This document shows positions 8,972-17,470 of a stretch of DNA of 64,000 bases, piece by piece; positions within the stretch are counted from its first letter, which is position 1, and each line of letters begins with the position of its first letter. Source of the stretch: Candidatus Omnitrophota bacterium (GTDB lineage: Bacteria > Omnitrophota > Gorgyraeia > Zapsychrales > Fredricksoniimonadaceae). The position numbers and the translations under genes are program-made. The DNA lies in assembly GCA_037131245.1 (NCBI GenBank), contig JBAXRK010000010.1:3397-67396 (forward strand), given 5' to 3'. The notes below the pieces were generated by a model. It had not been told where the DNA came from, made no database searches, and worked only from the letters and a program-made list of their open reading frames with translations.

Positions 8972-9241
8972 ATGTCGTTACATTCATCACTCAGAGTTGA
9001 TAGAGCCGGTGCCGCAGCGCGCACGGTGTTAACACGTGTTGAGCGCATCAAGGAGCTCATGAAGAAGGGCGATTTCAAGGCCGATAGCGCCGTGACCAAT
9101 CTGCCCAAGACCAAGGTTGTCCGGGTCAAAGCCGGCAAAAAGAAGGTTAAGGAAGAAGGCGCGGCTGGTGCGGCTCCCGCGGCCGGTGCGGCTCCCGCGG
9201 CCGGTGCGGCTCCTGCGGCCAAAACGCCCGCCAAGAAGTAG
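8972..9241 (+). CDS. Small lysine-rich basic protein with an AAPAAG tandem repeat
   Basis: 89 aa. MSLHSSLRV...VLTRVERIKELMKKG, followed by a K-rich tail containing (GAAPAA)x3. Function unknown. Confidence 0.5.
   Translation: MSLHSSLRVDRAGAAARTVLTRVERIKELMKKGDFKADSAVTNLPKTKVVRVKAGKKKVKEEGAAGAAPAAGAAPAAGAAPAAKTPAKK
9161..9220 (+). repeat. 18-bp tandem repeat (GCGGCTCCCGCGGCCGGT), about 3.3 copies, in frame
   Basis: Units at 9170-9187 and 9188-9205 are identical. The unit at 9206-9220 has one substitution, and a partial copy lies at 9161-9169. Confidence 0.9.
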
Positions 9242-9250
9242 GCGGCACGT

Positions 9251-10048
9251 ATGCGTGGGATCGTTTTACTTGTATCCTTATTATTTGTTCTTACCGAGCC
9301 TGCCTTCGCGCAGGCTCGTTTTCCTTTTACGGCCGAGACGGTGTCGGATCGGGTCCATGTCAGAGCGGGCCAGAATAATAATTTCGAATCAGTGGCGCAG
9401 CTTGCCAAGGGCGCGCCGCTAACGGTGCTGGACAAGAAATTCAAGTGGTTCAAGGTGGCTTTACCAGCCGGTGCTAAAGCTTTTGTTAAAAGTTCTTATA
9501 TCAACCTTCTTTCCGCAGATCTTGGCGAAGTGAAGGTGGATCGTTTGAATGTCCGCGCGGCACCGAATACCGAGGCGACCACGGTCGGGCAGCTTAAGCA
9601 GGGGCAGCGTTTCTTTATTGCCCAGAATGCCGGCGAATGGATCTGGATCAGGCCGGTGGATGGTGTTTATGGTTGGGTCAATGAGTCTCTTCTGGTCTTT
9701 AAGAGTAATGGCGCCCGGAGCGGTGATCCTGATCCTAACGCGGCTGGCGCGGTAAAAGCGGCGGAGACCCGCGTTGAACAGGCCCGTCAGGCGGCAAGAA
9801 CATCGTTGCTGAGAAAGAATGCTGACGGAAGCGTTGAATGTTCCGGAAAGTTGCTCAAAGCCGAGCAGGGGCCTGCGGCCTACAAAGTGCAGAGTGGTTC
9901 TGCTGTGGCGTGTTATGTTGATGGTGCCGCCGCAGTAATGGATGGATTTATCGGTAGCGATATCCGTTTACAGGGGAAGGTAAAATCCATTCCTGCTGAC
10001 GCGGATGCTGCCGTCCTTTCCTTGATGAAGATCAGCCTGGCCCTCTAA
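9251..10048 (+). CDS. Secreted protein with two bacterial SH3 (SH3b) domains
   Basis: Signal peptide LLVSLLFVLTEPAFA. Two SH3b-like segments (VSDRVHVRAGQNNNFESVAQLAKGAPLTVLDKKFKWFKV and VDRLNVRAAPNTEATTVGQLKQGQRFFIAQNAGEWIWI). Confidence 0.65.
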   Translation: MRGIVLLVSLLFVLTEPAFAQARFPFTAETVSDRVHVRAGQNNNFESVAQLAKGAPLTVLDKKFKWFKVALPAGAKAFVKSSYINLLSADLGEVKVDRLNVRAAPNTEATTVGQLKQGQRFFIAQNAGEWIWIRPVDGVYGWVNESLLVFKSNGARSGDPDPNAAGAVKAAETRVEQARQAARTSLLRKNADGSVECSGKLLKAEQGPAAYKVQSGSAVACYVDGAAAVMDGFIGSDIRLQGKVKSIPADADAAVLSLMKISLAL

Positions 10049-10680
10049 TGCCTGAATTTGTTGAACCGATCCTTGTTATCCTGCTTATTGTTATCCCGGC
10101 GATCGTTTTGCATGAGTTCGCGCATGGCTGGGTCGCCAACCGGCTGGGGGACCCGACGGCTGAGCGGATGGGTCGTCTTACGCTTAACCCGATCAAGCAT
10201 GTTGATCCTGTGGGAACGATCCTGGTACCGGGCTTATTGTACCTGGCGCATTTTCTGGGATGGACCCATTCACTGTTGGTCTTCGGATGGGCTAAACCTG
10301 TGCCGGTTGATTTTAGCCGTTTGAACTGTCCTAAGCGCGATATTATCTGGGTAGGCCTGGCCGGCCCGGCGGTCAATCTTCTGTTGGCGTTCCTTTTTGC
10401 CCAGCTGGTGATGCATGGCCATTTTTCAGCTTTGGGTGGGAAGCTTCTGGTTTGGGCGGTCATGCTTAATTTGGGGTTGGCGTTCTTTAATCTTCTCCCC
10501 ATCCCGCCGCTTGATGGTTCAAGGGTGGTGGCAGGGCTGATCCCGGCGAGCTGGGAACGGCAGTATTTCGCGCTGGAACCTTTTGGTTTCGTGGCGGTGA
10601 TCCTTCTTCTTAACACAGGAATGCTCGATTTTCTTGATCCGCTGATCTATGGCGCGGCAACCTTGATGGGCCTCAAATGA
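10048..10680 (+). CDS. Site-2 protease family (M50) membrane metalloprotease
   Basis: HEFAHG zinc motif within a TM helix. Polytopic hydrophobic profile. NLLPIPPLDGS motif. Confidence 0.8.
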   Translation: MPEFVEPILVILLIVIPAIVLHEFAHGWVANRLGDPTAERMGRLTLNPIKHVDPVGTILVPGLLYLAHFLGWTHSLLVFGWAKPVPVDFSRLNCPKRDIIWVGLAGPAVNLLLAFLFAQLVMHGHFSALGGKLLVWAVMLNLGLAFFNLLPIPPLDGSRVVAGLIPASWERQYFALEPFGFVAVILLLNTGMLDFLDPLIYGAATLMGLK

Positions 10681-11774
10681 AACAGATATCTGTAAAACTT
10701 AAAGAGAACTCTTATCCGATCGTTGTCGGGGACGGCTTACTGCCGCTTTTGCCGGAGTTCCTCAAGAAGCTGCGCCTTGGTCCCGACGTGGTGGTCATTA
10801 CAAATCCGCTGGTGAACCGTTTGCACGGGAAAGCATTGTCGGCTTCTTTGCTGCATAAGGGATATTCACTTAAATTTTTTGAGGTAGAGGATTCCGAAAG
10901 AGCCAAGTCGGCTGATGTGGCCTTCGATCTGGTGGGCCGGATCGCGGCGTACGCGGCCGATAAGAAGCTGGTCATTATCGCTTTCGGTGGCGGTGTGGTG
11001 GGCGACCTGGCGGGTTTTGTGGCCGCCGTCTATAAGCGCGGTGTGCCGTTCGTTCAGGTGCCGACGACCCTTTTGGCGCAAGTTGACTCGTCGATCGGGG
11101 GGAAGGTGGCGGTAGACCTGCCTCAGGGCAAGAATCTGGCGGGAGCTTTTTATCAGCCGAAACTCGTGCTGGCGGATACGGCCCTTTTGGGGACTCTTTC
11201 CGAGCGGCAATTGCGTAACGGCTTGGCCGAGATCATCAAGTACGGGGTGATCAAGGATGCGGCCTTATTTTCTTATTTGGAAAAGAATTACGCCGGCATT
11301 CTGCGCGCGGAACCGGGCGCTTTATCGCATGTGGTCCTGGCGAGCGCGGCCATTAAGGCGCGGGTGGTTGAGCTTGATGAGAAAGAAACAAAAGGCTTGC
11401 GTACTATTTTGAATTTTGGCCATACGCTCGGCCACGCTGTTGAGACAGCCGGCGGGTATGAAAAATATCATCATGGTGAGGCCGTGGCGCTGGGTATGCG
11501 CGCGGCGTGCGCCCTTTCTTGCCTGTTGAAGTTGATGAAGCCCCTTGAAGCGGCCAGGGTCGAGACATTGTTGACCGCGGTCGGGCTGCCGGAACGGGTC
11601 GAAGGTGTGCCGGAGGCGCGGATCCTGAAAGCCATGACATTTGACAAGAAGTTCTCCGGTAGCCGGAACCGGTTTGTTTTGTGTGAAGCGATCGGGCGGG
11701 TCATCGTCAAGGAGGCTGTTCCTGCGGCGATGATCGTTAAGGCTTTGCGTTCGCTGCTTGGTCCCGGTGTTTGA
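10677..11774 (+). CDS. aroB: 3-dehydroquinate synthase
   Basis: 365 aa. Motifs GGGVVGDLAGFVAA, VPTTLLAQVDSSIGGK, KNLAGAFYQP, NFGHTLGHA and HGEAVALGM. Confidence 0.9.
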   Translation: MKQISVKLKENSYPIVVGDGLLPLLPEFLKKLRLGPDVVVITNPLVNRLHGKALSASLLHKGYSLKFFEVEDSERAKSADVAFDLVGRIAAYAADKKLVIIAFGGGVVGDLAGFVAAVYKRGVPFVQVPTTLLAQVDSSIGGKVAVDLPQGKNLAGAFYQPKLVLADTALLGTLSERQLRNGLAEIIKYGVIKDAALFSYLEKNYAGILRAEPGALSHVVLASAAIKARVVELDEKETKGLRTILNFGHTLGHAVETAGGYEKYHHGEAVALGMRAACALSCLLKLMKPLEAARVETLLTAVGLPERVEGVPEARILKAMTFDKKFSGSRNRFVLCEAIGRVIVKEAVPAAMIVKALRSLLGPGV

Positions 11775-12198
11775 TCGGCAGGATCAGCTTGCTGTTGTTG
11801 CCCATCACGGTCACATTGGCGAAGGTGATCGCTGTGATGACCTTTCCTTCCACTGTTTGGCCTTCTTCGTAAACATCCCCGTTAATTAGAGCAACCATTT
11901 TTCCGTCCCGGTCCATGACCCCTTCCACTTTGATGCCGCCGGCAGAAGCGGGTTGGGCGGTGGCTTTGGGATGCTGCGTTGTATCCATGGCCAGTTTGAA
12001 GATCACCGCGAAGATCACGACCACGGTGACCGTCAGGACCACGGCCATCAGGATCATGAGGGAGCGATTGGTTGTTTCCGGGGTGAGGTCGACGGTCGAC
12101 GGGCTGGAGGACGCGGGCGCCGGGGGTGGCTCAGGAAAAGGCGAAGCCTGAGGGTTCTTGCTTTGAACTTTTTTAAGCGCGTCGTGGATGATGCTCAT
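11737..12198 (-). CDS. GspB/ExeB-like single-pass membrane protein
   Basis: Begins MSIIHDALKKV, the typical GspB-family start. P-rich linker, one TM helix, and a C-terminal beta-rich domain. Overlaps the stop of the ExeA-like gene. Confidence 0.5.
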   Translation of the reverse strand: MSIIHDALKKVQSKNPQASPFPEPPPAPASSSPSTVDLTPETTNRSLMILMAVVLTVTVVVIFAVIFKLAMDTTQHPKATAQPASAGGIKVEGVMDRDGKMVALINGDVYEEGQTVEGKVITAITFANVTVMGNNSKLILPIKHRDQAANAKP

Positions 12199-12995
12199 AT
12201 CAGGGCTTCTTTGGCCGCGGCCTTGATGATGTTTTCGTCGATAGTCCAGGTTTCGTTGACAAAGCCCGCCAGCAGGGCGTGCTCGCAGAGGATATTGATG
12301 ACCCGTGGCGTTCCTTTTGAGAAATGATGAACGGCCGCCGCCGCCGCGTCGGTAAAGGATAATTTCTTTGAGGCTCCGGCGATCTTAAGCCGGTGATGGA
12401 TATAGTGGTGAATATCTTCCTTTTCCAGAGGCTGGATATGGTAACGCACCCCGATGCGCGAGTTGAGTTGGCGCAGGGAGGGTTTTTGCAGTTTTTCCAA
12501 TAGCTCCGGCTGGCCCACCAGAATGATCTGCAACAGTTTTTCTTTTTCGGTCTCTAAATTCGACAACAGGCGGATCTGCTCGAGTTGATGCGTATTGAGG
12601 TTCTGGGCTTCATCGATGATCACAGCGACATTGTGGCCCTGCGCGGTCTGGTCGATCAAGAATTGATTGAGCGCGTTGATCAGGTCGAGCTTATTGTTCT
12701 TGGCTTTGATCCCGAGGTCTTTGGTGATCAGCTGCAGCAACTGGAGCTGCGAGAAATTGGGATTGAGGATGAAAGCCGTTTTGATGGATACATCGATCTT
12801 GTTGAGCAGGATGCGGCAGAGCGTGGTTTTTCCGGTGCCAACCTCGCCAGTCAGCGAGATGATCCCCTTGCGGGTTTTAATGCCATAAAGCAAGTGGGAA
12901 TAGGCCTCTTTATGCCGGGAGCTTTCGAAATAAAAAGCCGGGTCGGAGGTGATATTGAAGGCGTTCTCTGTGAAGCCGTAGAATTCTTTGTACAT
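12195..12995 (-). CDS. ExeA/GspA/MshM-type AAA ATPase
   Basis: 266 aa. YKEFYGFTENAFNITSDPAFYF, Walker A GEVGTGKTT and Walker B VIIDEAQNL, as in ExeA/MshM. Confidence 0.8.
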   Translation of the reverse strand: MYKEFYGFTENAFNITSDPAFYFESSRHKEAYSHLLYGIKTRKGIISLTGEVGTGKTTLCRILLNKIDVSIKTAFILNPNFSQLQLLQLITKDLGIKAKNNKLDLINALNQFLIDQTAQGHNVAVIIDEAQNLNTHQLEQIRLLSNLETEKEKLLQIILVGQPELLEKLQKPSLRQLNSRIGVRYHIQPLEKEDIHHYIHHRLKIAGASKKLSFTDAAAAAVHHFSKGTPRVINILCEHALLAGFVNETWTIDENIIKAAAKEALI

Positions 12996-13030
12996 TGTTT
13001 TCTATTATACCATGAATCCTTTCGCCCCGA

Positions 13031-13048
13031 GAGCTTGAAAGCTCTCAG
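13031..13048. promoter_or_regulatory. 18-bp palindrome GAGAGCTT-GA-AAGCTCTC in the divergent intergenic region
   Basis: Read directly. The 8-nt arms are perfect reverse complements. Confidence 0.4.
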
Positions 13049-13060
13049 GTGGCTCAAGGA

Positions 13061-13088
13061 CGATTTCTAAAGAATCCTTTAGAAATCG
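13061..13088. promoter_or_regulatory. Perfect 12-bp-stem hairpin/palindrome CGATTTCTAAAG-AATC-CTTTAGAAATCG
   Basis: Read directly. It abuts the GAAAACGTTTTC palindrome. Confidence 0.45.
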
Positions 13089-13100
13089 GAAAACGTTTTC
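13089..13100. promoter_or_regulatory. Candidate operator GAAAACGTTTTC (copy 1)
   Basis: Perfect 12-bp palindrome with a central CG, located 20 nt upstream of a -35-like TTGTTT. The identical core is at 27221-27232 with identical spacing. Confidence 0.55.
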
Positions 13101-13120
13101 TTGATTCTATTGGCTGGCTC

Positions 13121-13149
13121 TTGTTTTACCGGCTTTAATAACAAATACT
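13121..13149 (+). promoter_or_regulatory. Putative sigma-70-type promoter of paralog 1 (TTGTTT-17 nt-AATACT)
   Basis: -35 at 13121-13126 and -10 at 13144-13149. The 10-mer AATACTTATA is identical to 27276-27285. An SD (GGGGAGG) precedes the ATG at 13181. Confidence 0.45.
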
Positions 13150-13180
13150 TATACAGGTGGAAGTCTGATGGGGGAGGTGT

Positions 13181-16100
13181 ATGACGTTCATTTTGCCTGA
13201 CAGGATCAAGAGGTTCATCGGTTGCGCGACGTTGGCCTCATTTATCGTTACCTCGTCGCTGGGTTATGCCCAGACGGCAGTGATCTTGCCTGCTCCCGGC
13301 AGCATGGTCGCCCTAAGCGAGCCATTTCATCCGGCCACCCTTGAGGGGATGAAAGTTTACGCCGATGCGCCCCTTCGGTTCGATTTTATTCTTGACCCGG
13401 CTGACGTGGGGGAAAATACAGGGCTTGTTTCAGAAAAACTGGTCCGGTATTTTCTGGCTTCGTTGACCGTCCCTGAAAAAGACCTCTGGGTTAATCTTTC
13501 TCCTTACGAAAAAGACCGCATTATCCCTGATGTTTTCGGCCTTACCGAGCTGGGCCGTGATCTCTTGGCCCAAGACTATATCCTTAAGCAGTTGACCGCT
13601 TCTTTGCTCTATCCTGAGGGGGAGACGGGTAAGAAGTTTTGGGCCGAGCTTTATGCCCGGGCTTATCAAAAGTATGGATCGACAGATATTCCGGTTGATG
13701 CTTTTAACAAGGTATGGATCATGCCGGCAAAAGCCGTGGTTTACGAGAAAGCGGACGCCCAGCGGCGGACGGCTTCCGTTTATGTTGTTGAGTCGCGGCT
13801 TAAGGTGTTGCTGGAAAGTGATTATTTGGCGCAGGCCAATAACAGCGGCGCCAAGGAAGCCTCCGCATCGGCCTCGATAGGACTGGCCAAAGACGTGCTG
13901 CGTTCGGTTGTCATTCCCGTACTTGAGAAAGAAGTGAATGAAGGCACTAATTTTGCGCCGTTACGTCAGGCCTATCATTCCCTGATCCTGGCGGCCTGGT
14001 ATAAAAAGAAAGTCCAGGGCAGTTTGTTAAGCCGGGCTTATGTGGACCGTAACCGGGTGGCGGGCGTTAATATTGATGATCCGCGTGAAAGTGAAAAGAT
14101 CTGGGGGCGTTATGTGCAGGCGTTCAAGAAGGGCGCGGTAAGCCTGATCCGGGAGGAGAAGGACACTTTCTCGGGAGAGGTTATTCCCCGTAAATATTTT
14201 TCGGGCGGTGTTAACGCGTCGCAGATCAGCACGGTGCTTGATACGTCCGGGCAGATGGATCTTTTTGCGGCCGCTTCCAGGAAGAAAGTGAAAGTTTCGG
14301 TCGACTTGGCACTGGCTGAATCATCGTTGGCATCCGGCGTATCAGGGCTGGGAACGGCCTGGGTTGATCAAATGCGTGCGGCGCTGTTACGGGTGCCTGT
14401 TGTCTCTGGGGGGAAACGGCGGGTGGCCCTGCTCGCTGTTAACCTGGACGCGAATAATAATCTTGTTTCGCAAGAGGTTAAAGCTGCTGCGGATAGTTTT
14501 ACTTCTTCGGTTGTTAATGACATTCGTACCCCCGACCCGCTGACGTTGTGGGGGGCGTATGCCGGAGGCCGGCTGGCAGGTATTATCGGCTATCAGACAT
14601 TGGCCGGACATCGGCAGTTGACCATCCTGAAGGAAAACGGGGAGGCGGGTGTCCGTGAGTTGTTGATGCTTCGTTTGATTAACCATGTTTATACGGCATG
14701 GGAAAGAACGAATTCCAAATCTTTGGCCTTATTCAAGGTAAATCCCGCAGATCGAGAATATTTCAAAGGCCTAGGTCTTGATGAAAGTGAAATAAGGTCA
14801 AACGATGCTGCTAATGACCAGACAGCATTGATGTCCGGGACTTTGTATGTGGCGGATTTGCCGAGAGTGGTTGGTATATTGCTTGAACGACTAAGAGGTG
14901 CCGGGTTGATCGACAGCGCCGAGTCGGTTGACAGGGCACAGGCATTTCGCATCCCGGTTGATTTTCAAGTAGCCCTCCCTAAGGTTGCCAGTCGCTCGGT
15001 CAGAGACAGGGTTTATAAGGAGTTGAGCCTTCAAGAAGGGGCGGTGGCGGATTATTTTGATACGTGGACAAAGATCATGCCTGGCGCGGTTGACAGGGAT
15101 CATTTTCTATCTGTTTACGGATTTAAGAGCAATGTTCGTAAGCGTAAAGCCAGGGTCTTGCAGAAGGGCGTTATTGAATACGCCGGCAAGGAATACATTT
15201 TTAAGCAGGGGGATGGCAAAGATCATAATATTGGGTGGCGGGAGAAACTTGGCAGCGAGCTTTTCGCCGGGTCAGTCAATGTTGTCGGGATCAAGGTTTT
15301 GCCGGATGGCGCGCATTACTTGACGCAGATCGCAACCGATGAAAACATGAGGAAGTTCAACGCCGCCGCCGGTGAGGTGGCGCCGAAGATCTTTGAAGAC
15401 CCGCTGGAAGCGACCAGCAGGATGTTCGTGGGGGCGGTTGGGATCGGCTGGATCTATGATTATCGCTTGAACAATAAAGTTTTTATGCCCCAATCGGATG
15501 GCGGATATGTGCCGGTCCTCATTGACATGGATCAGTTCCGGTTGACGGATGTTTTTCCGGCCACGGATAAAGGGTTAGGTTCGTTCATTTATCATTTTCT
15601 CAAGAACGCTTTGCTTTCACCCGCGAGATCAATGTTGGCACTTGATCAGAAAGAACGGGAGAAGTTGACCCGTTATCCAGACCTTCTGGAGCCTTCGCCG
15701 GCCGATGTTAAGGGGTTAATTGAAGAGATCAAAAAGTACCGCCTTGGGCCGGCTTACATCGCGGCGGAAGGATTGACCGCTGATGGCGTCAGGAAAGCCA
15801 TACGGGATCTTAAAAGAGAGTTGACCGACGCCCGCATTCGTTATGCCGTGGCGGTCTGCGGGTCGGGTAAGGGCCAGGCTGACCGGGAAGGCATGGTGCG
15901 GGCTTTACAGCAGCGGCGTGAAACGTTGGGGCGCACTATCGGCAAGGTTTGGGAAGTGTTAACGGGTGAAGATCCGGGCTTTGACGCGCTCGATGATCAT
16001 GCTCAGACGACGGTCGACCTCAACGTTCTTAAGGCAGAGGCACGGCGTCAGGTCCAGATGGCGTATGGCCAGCTGAGCGATCTCCTTACGTATTCGCGTC

Positions 16101-17038
16101 AGAAAGATGGCCTTAGGGATATCCTGAGTGGCTTTGTTAAGGATATTTCACGCTATGAAGATGAGGTCCAGAGCGTATCCGAAGGGCCGTTCTCTGATGA
16201 TCTGATGGAAGATATCATGATGCGGACGTTGCTGTTGCCGATCTTTAACGGGACTGATCGTTTTGAGCTGAGGGGCGAGAAAATATTCTGGTTCGTTGAC
16301 CAGGTGGTCAACGGTGAGAAGGGGTACTGTATCGCTGAGAAAAGGAATGGTACCTGGGAAGTAATGGTTCCAGAGCAGCCTGATTTCCAAAGTAAGGTGG
16401 AAGAGTATTTTTCGCGGTACAGACCGGAATCGATGCAAAAGATGATCGGCCGTTTGCAGAAGACAGTAGAAGTCCTGGAGGCGACGCACGTTGAGATCAT
16501 GGCCATGTTCAAAGAGGTGCAATCGGAGAAAGTAAAAGGGGTTTATCCTTTTGCCTGGGAGGGCCAGCTGACTGGACGTGAATCGCTGGCCGCATTGTTA
16601 AAGCGTATTTTTGATCGGCGTGTTTTTGACAGTCAAACGGCAGAGACTCAGGTATTACCCCGCCTTCTGGACCTGCGGGCGCCGAATAGTTTATTGATGA
16701 GCGGTTATCAGGGCAAGCCGGGTTTGATGATAGTACTTGCCGAGGAGAAGGATGGCCGGGAGGTGTTTGCCGATGATATGCCCTTACGATTAATGGATAA
16801 TATTGTCGCGTATTTGCGAGTTCTTATCGATGAGCTTCAGCCGGCCCTTAATAAACAAAGTGGCGGTATAGACCTTGCTTTATCACGGGTAAATTTGGAG
16901 ACCGGTACTTCGGGTGAGGGTCTGCTTTTTAACATCGATCCCGCATTGCTTGATCGGATTGAACAGGCGACGGGGCTTAAGCCGGTGATCGTTGATATTC
17001 AGCCGGCGGTTGACTTGCGTTCGTTCCTTGCCCCCTAA
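13181..17038 (+). CDS. Large exported multidomain protein, family paralog 1: shared N-cassette, unassigned (possibly GNAT-like) region, kinase-like core, helical region, shared GGIDL C-cassette
   Basis: 1285 aa. Signal-like N-terminus IGCATLASFIVTSSLGYAQT. N-cassette at 13285-14208, aligned to the other two paralogs. Kinase-like motifs: GKEYIFKQ (Lys), YDYRLNNKVF (DxxxxN loop) and LIDMDQF. C-cassette from GGIDL at 16862. Confidence 0.85.
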   Translation: MTFILPDRIKRFIGCATLASFIVTSSLGYAQTAVILPAPGSMVALSEPFHPATLEGMKVYADAPLRFDFILDPADVGENTGLVSEKLVRYFLASLTVPEKDLWVNLSPYEKDRIIPDVFGLTELGRDLLAQDYILKQLTASLLYPEGETGKKFWAELYARAYQKYGSTDIPVDAFNKVWIMPAKAVVYEKADAQRRTASVYVVESRLKVLLESDYLAQANNSGAKEASASASIGLAKDVLRSVVIPVLEKEVNEGTNFAPLRQAYHSLILAAWYKKKVQGSLLSRAYVDRNRVAGVNIDDPRESEKIWGRYVQAFKKGAVSLIREEKDTFSGEVIPRKYFSGGVNASQISTVLDTSGQMDLFAAASRKKVKVSVDLALAESSLASGVSGLGTAWVDQMRAALLRVPVVSGGKRRVALLAVNLDANNNLVSQEVKAAADSFTSSVVNDIRTPDPLTLWGAYAGGRLAGIIGYQTLAGHRQLTILKENGEAGVRELLMLRLINHVYTAWERTNSKSLALFKVNPADREYFKGLGLDESEIRSNDAANDQTALMSGTLYVADLPRVVGILLERLRGAGLIDSAESVDRAQAFRIPVDFQVALPKVASRSVRDRVYKELSLQEGAVADYFDTWTKIMPGAVDRDHFLSVYGFKSNVRKRKARVLQKGVIEYAGKEYIFKQGDGKDHNIGWREKLGSELFAGSVNVVGIKVLPDGAHYLTQIATDENMRKFNAAAGEVAPKIFEDPLEATSRMFVGAVGIGWIYDYRLNNKVFMPQSDGGYVPVLIDMDQFRLTDVFPATDKGLGSFIYHFLKNALLSPARSMLALDQKEREKLTRYPDLLEPSPADVKGLIEEIKKYRLGPAYIAAEGLTADGVRKAIRDLKRELTDARIRYAVAVCGSGKGQADREGMVRALQQRRETLGRTIGKVWEVLTGEDPGFDALDDHAQTTVDLNVLKAEARRQVQMAYGQLSDLLTYSRQKDGLRDILSGFVKDISRYEDEVQSVSEGPFSDDLMEDIMMRTLLLPIFNGTDRFELRGEKIFWFVDQVVNGEKGYCIAEKRNGTWEVMVPEQPDFQSKVEEYFSRYRPESMQKMIGRLQKTVEVLEATHVEIMAMFKEVQSEKVKGVYPFAWEGQLTGRESLAALLKRIFDRRVFDSQTAETQVLPRLLDLRAPNSLLMSGYQGKPGLMIVLAEEKDGREVFADDMPLRLMDNIVAYLRVLIDELQPALNKQSGGIDLALSRVNLETGTSGEGLLFNIDPALLDRIEQATGLKPVIVDIQPAVDLRSFLAP

Positions 17039-17041
17039 AGT

Positions 17042-17470
17042 GTGAAATTTACTAAAAACGTCTTTGGCATCGACTGGCTATGGTATACTACGCCTATTAA
17101 AGGGATACTTATGGCGGCTCAATCCGGCTTTGATAACAGGAAATTCCAGCGGGCAGTGTTCAGGCACCCGGTGAAGTATAAGACCTCCAGTGTTGAGATC
17201 TATGCCGGCCATCTGGCGCAGGATATCAGCATGGGCGGGATGCGTATTAACTCTAATGAGTTTGTTCCTATCGGGACGCGCGTGATCCTTCAGGTGCAGT
17301 TGAAAGTGCAGGAGAAGTTGCTGGATCTGGAAGCCAAGGTCGTATGGGTCAAACAATCGCCTTTTTCGGAAGGGTACCAGCTCGGCCTCGAGTTTGTCGG
17401 CGGGTCTGCTTTTGAGAGGCTGAAGATCGCCGAGGTTGTCGTTAAGCCTAAACAGGGGGTGCCGCATTGA
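17042..17470 (+). CDS. PilZ-domain protein (c-di-GMP receptor type); the real start is probably the internal ATG near 17111
   Basis: RKFQR (RxxxR) and DISMGG (DxSxxG) motifs. Begins 4 nt after the stop of paralog 1. Confidence 0.75.
   Translation: MKFTKNVFGIDWLWYTTPIKGILMAAQSGFDNRKFQRAVFRHPVKYKTSSVEIYAGHLAQDISMGGMRINSNEFVPIGTRVILQVQLKVQEKLLDLEAKVVWVKQSPFSEGYQLGLEFVGGSAFERLKIAEVVVKPKQGVPH

Noticed and set aside
11737-11774. 38-nt convergent overlap of the aroB and gspB-like 3' ends
   Set aside because: Both C-termini are poorly conserved tails. This is probably harmless overlap or slight over-extension, with no structure of interest seen.
13110-13126. Sigma-54-like TGGCTGGCTCTTGT upstream of paralog 1, and a similar TTGGCTTGCCGGCTTTAA near 22663
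   Set aside because: The -12 GC element is missing (TTGT instead of TTGC) and the GG-to-GC spacing does not fit. The sigma-70-type hexamers fit better and are conserved at the second locus.
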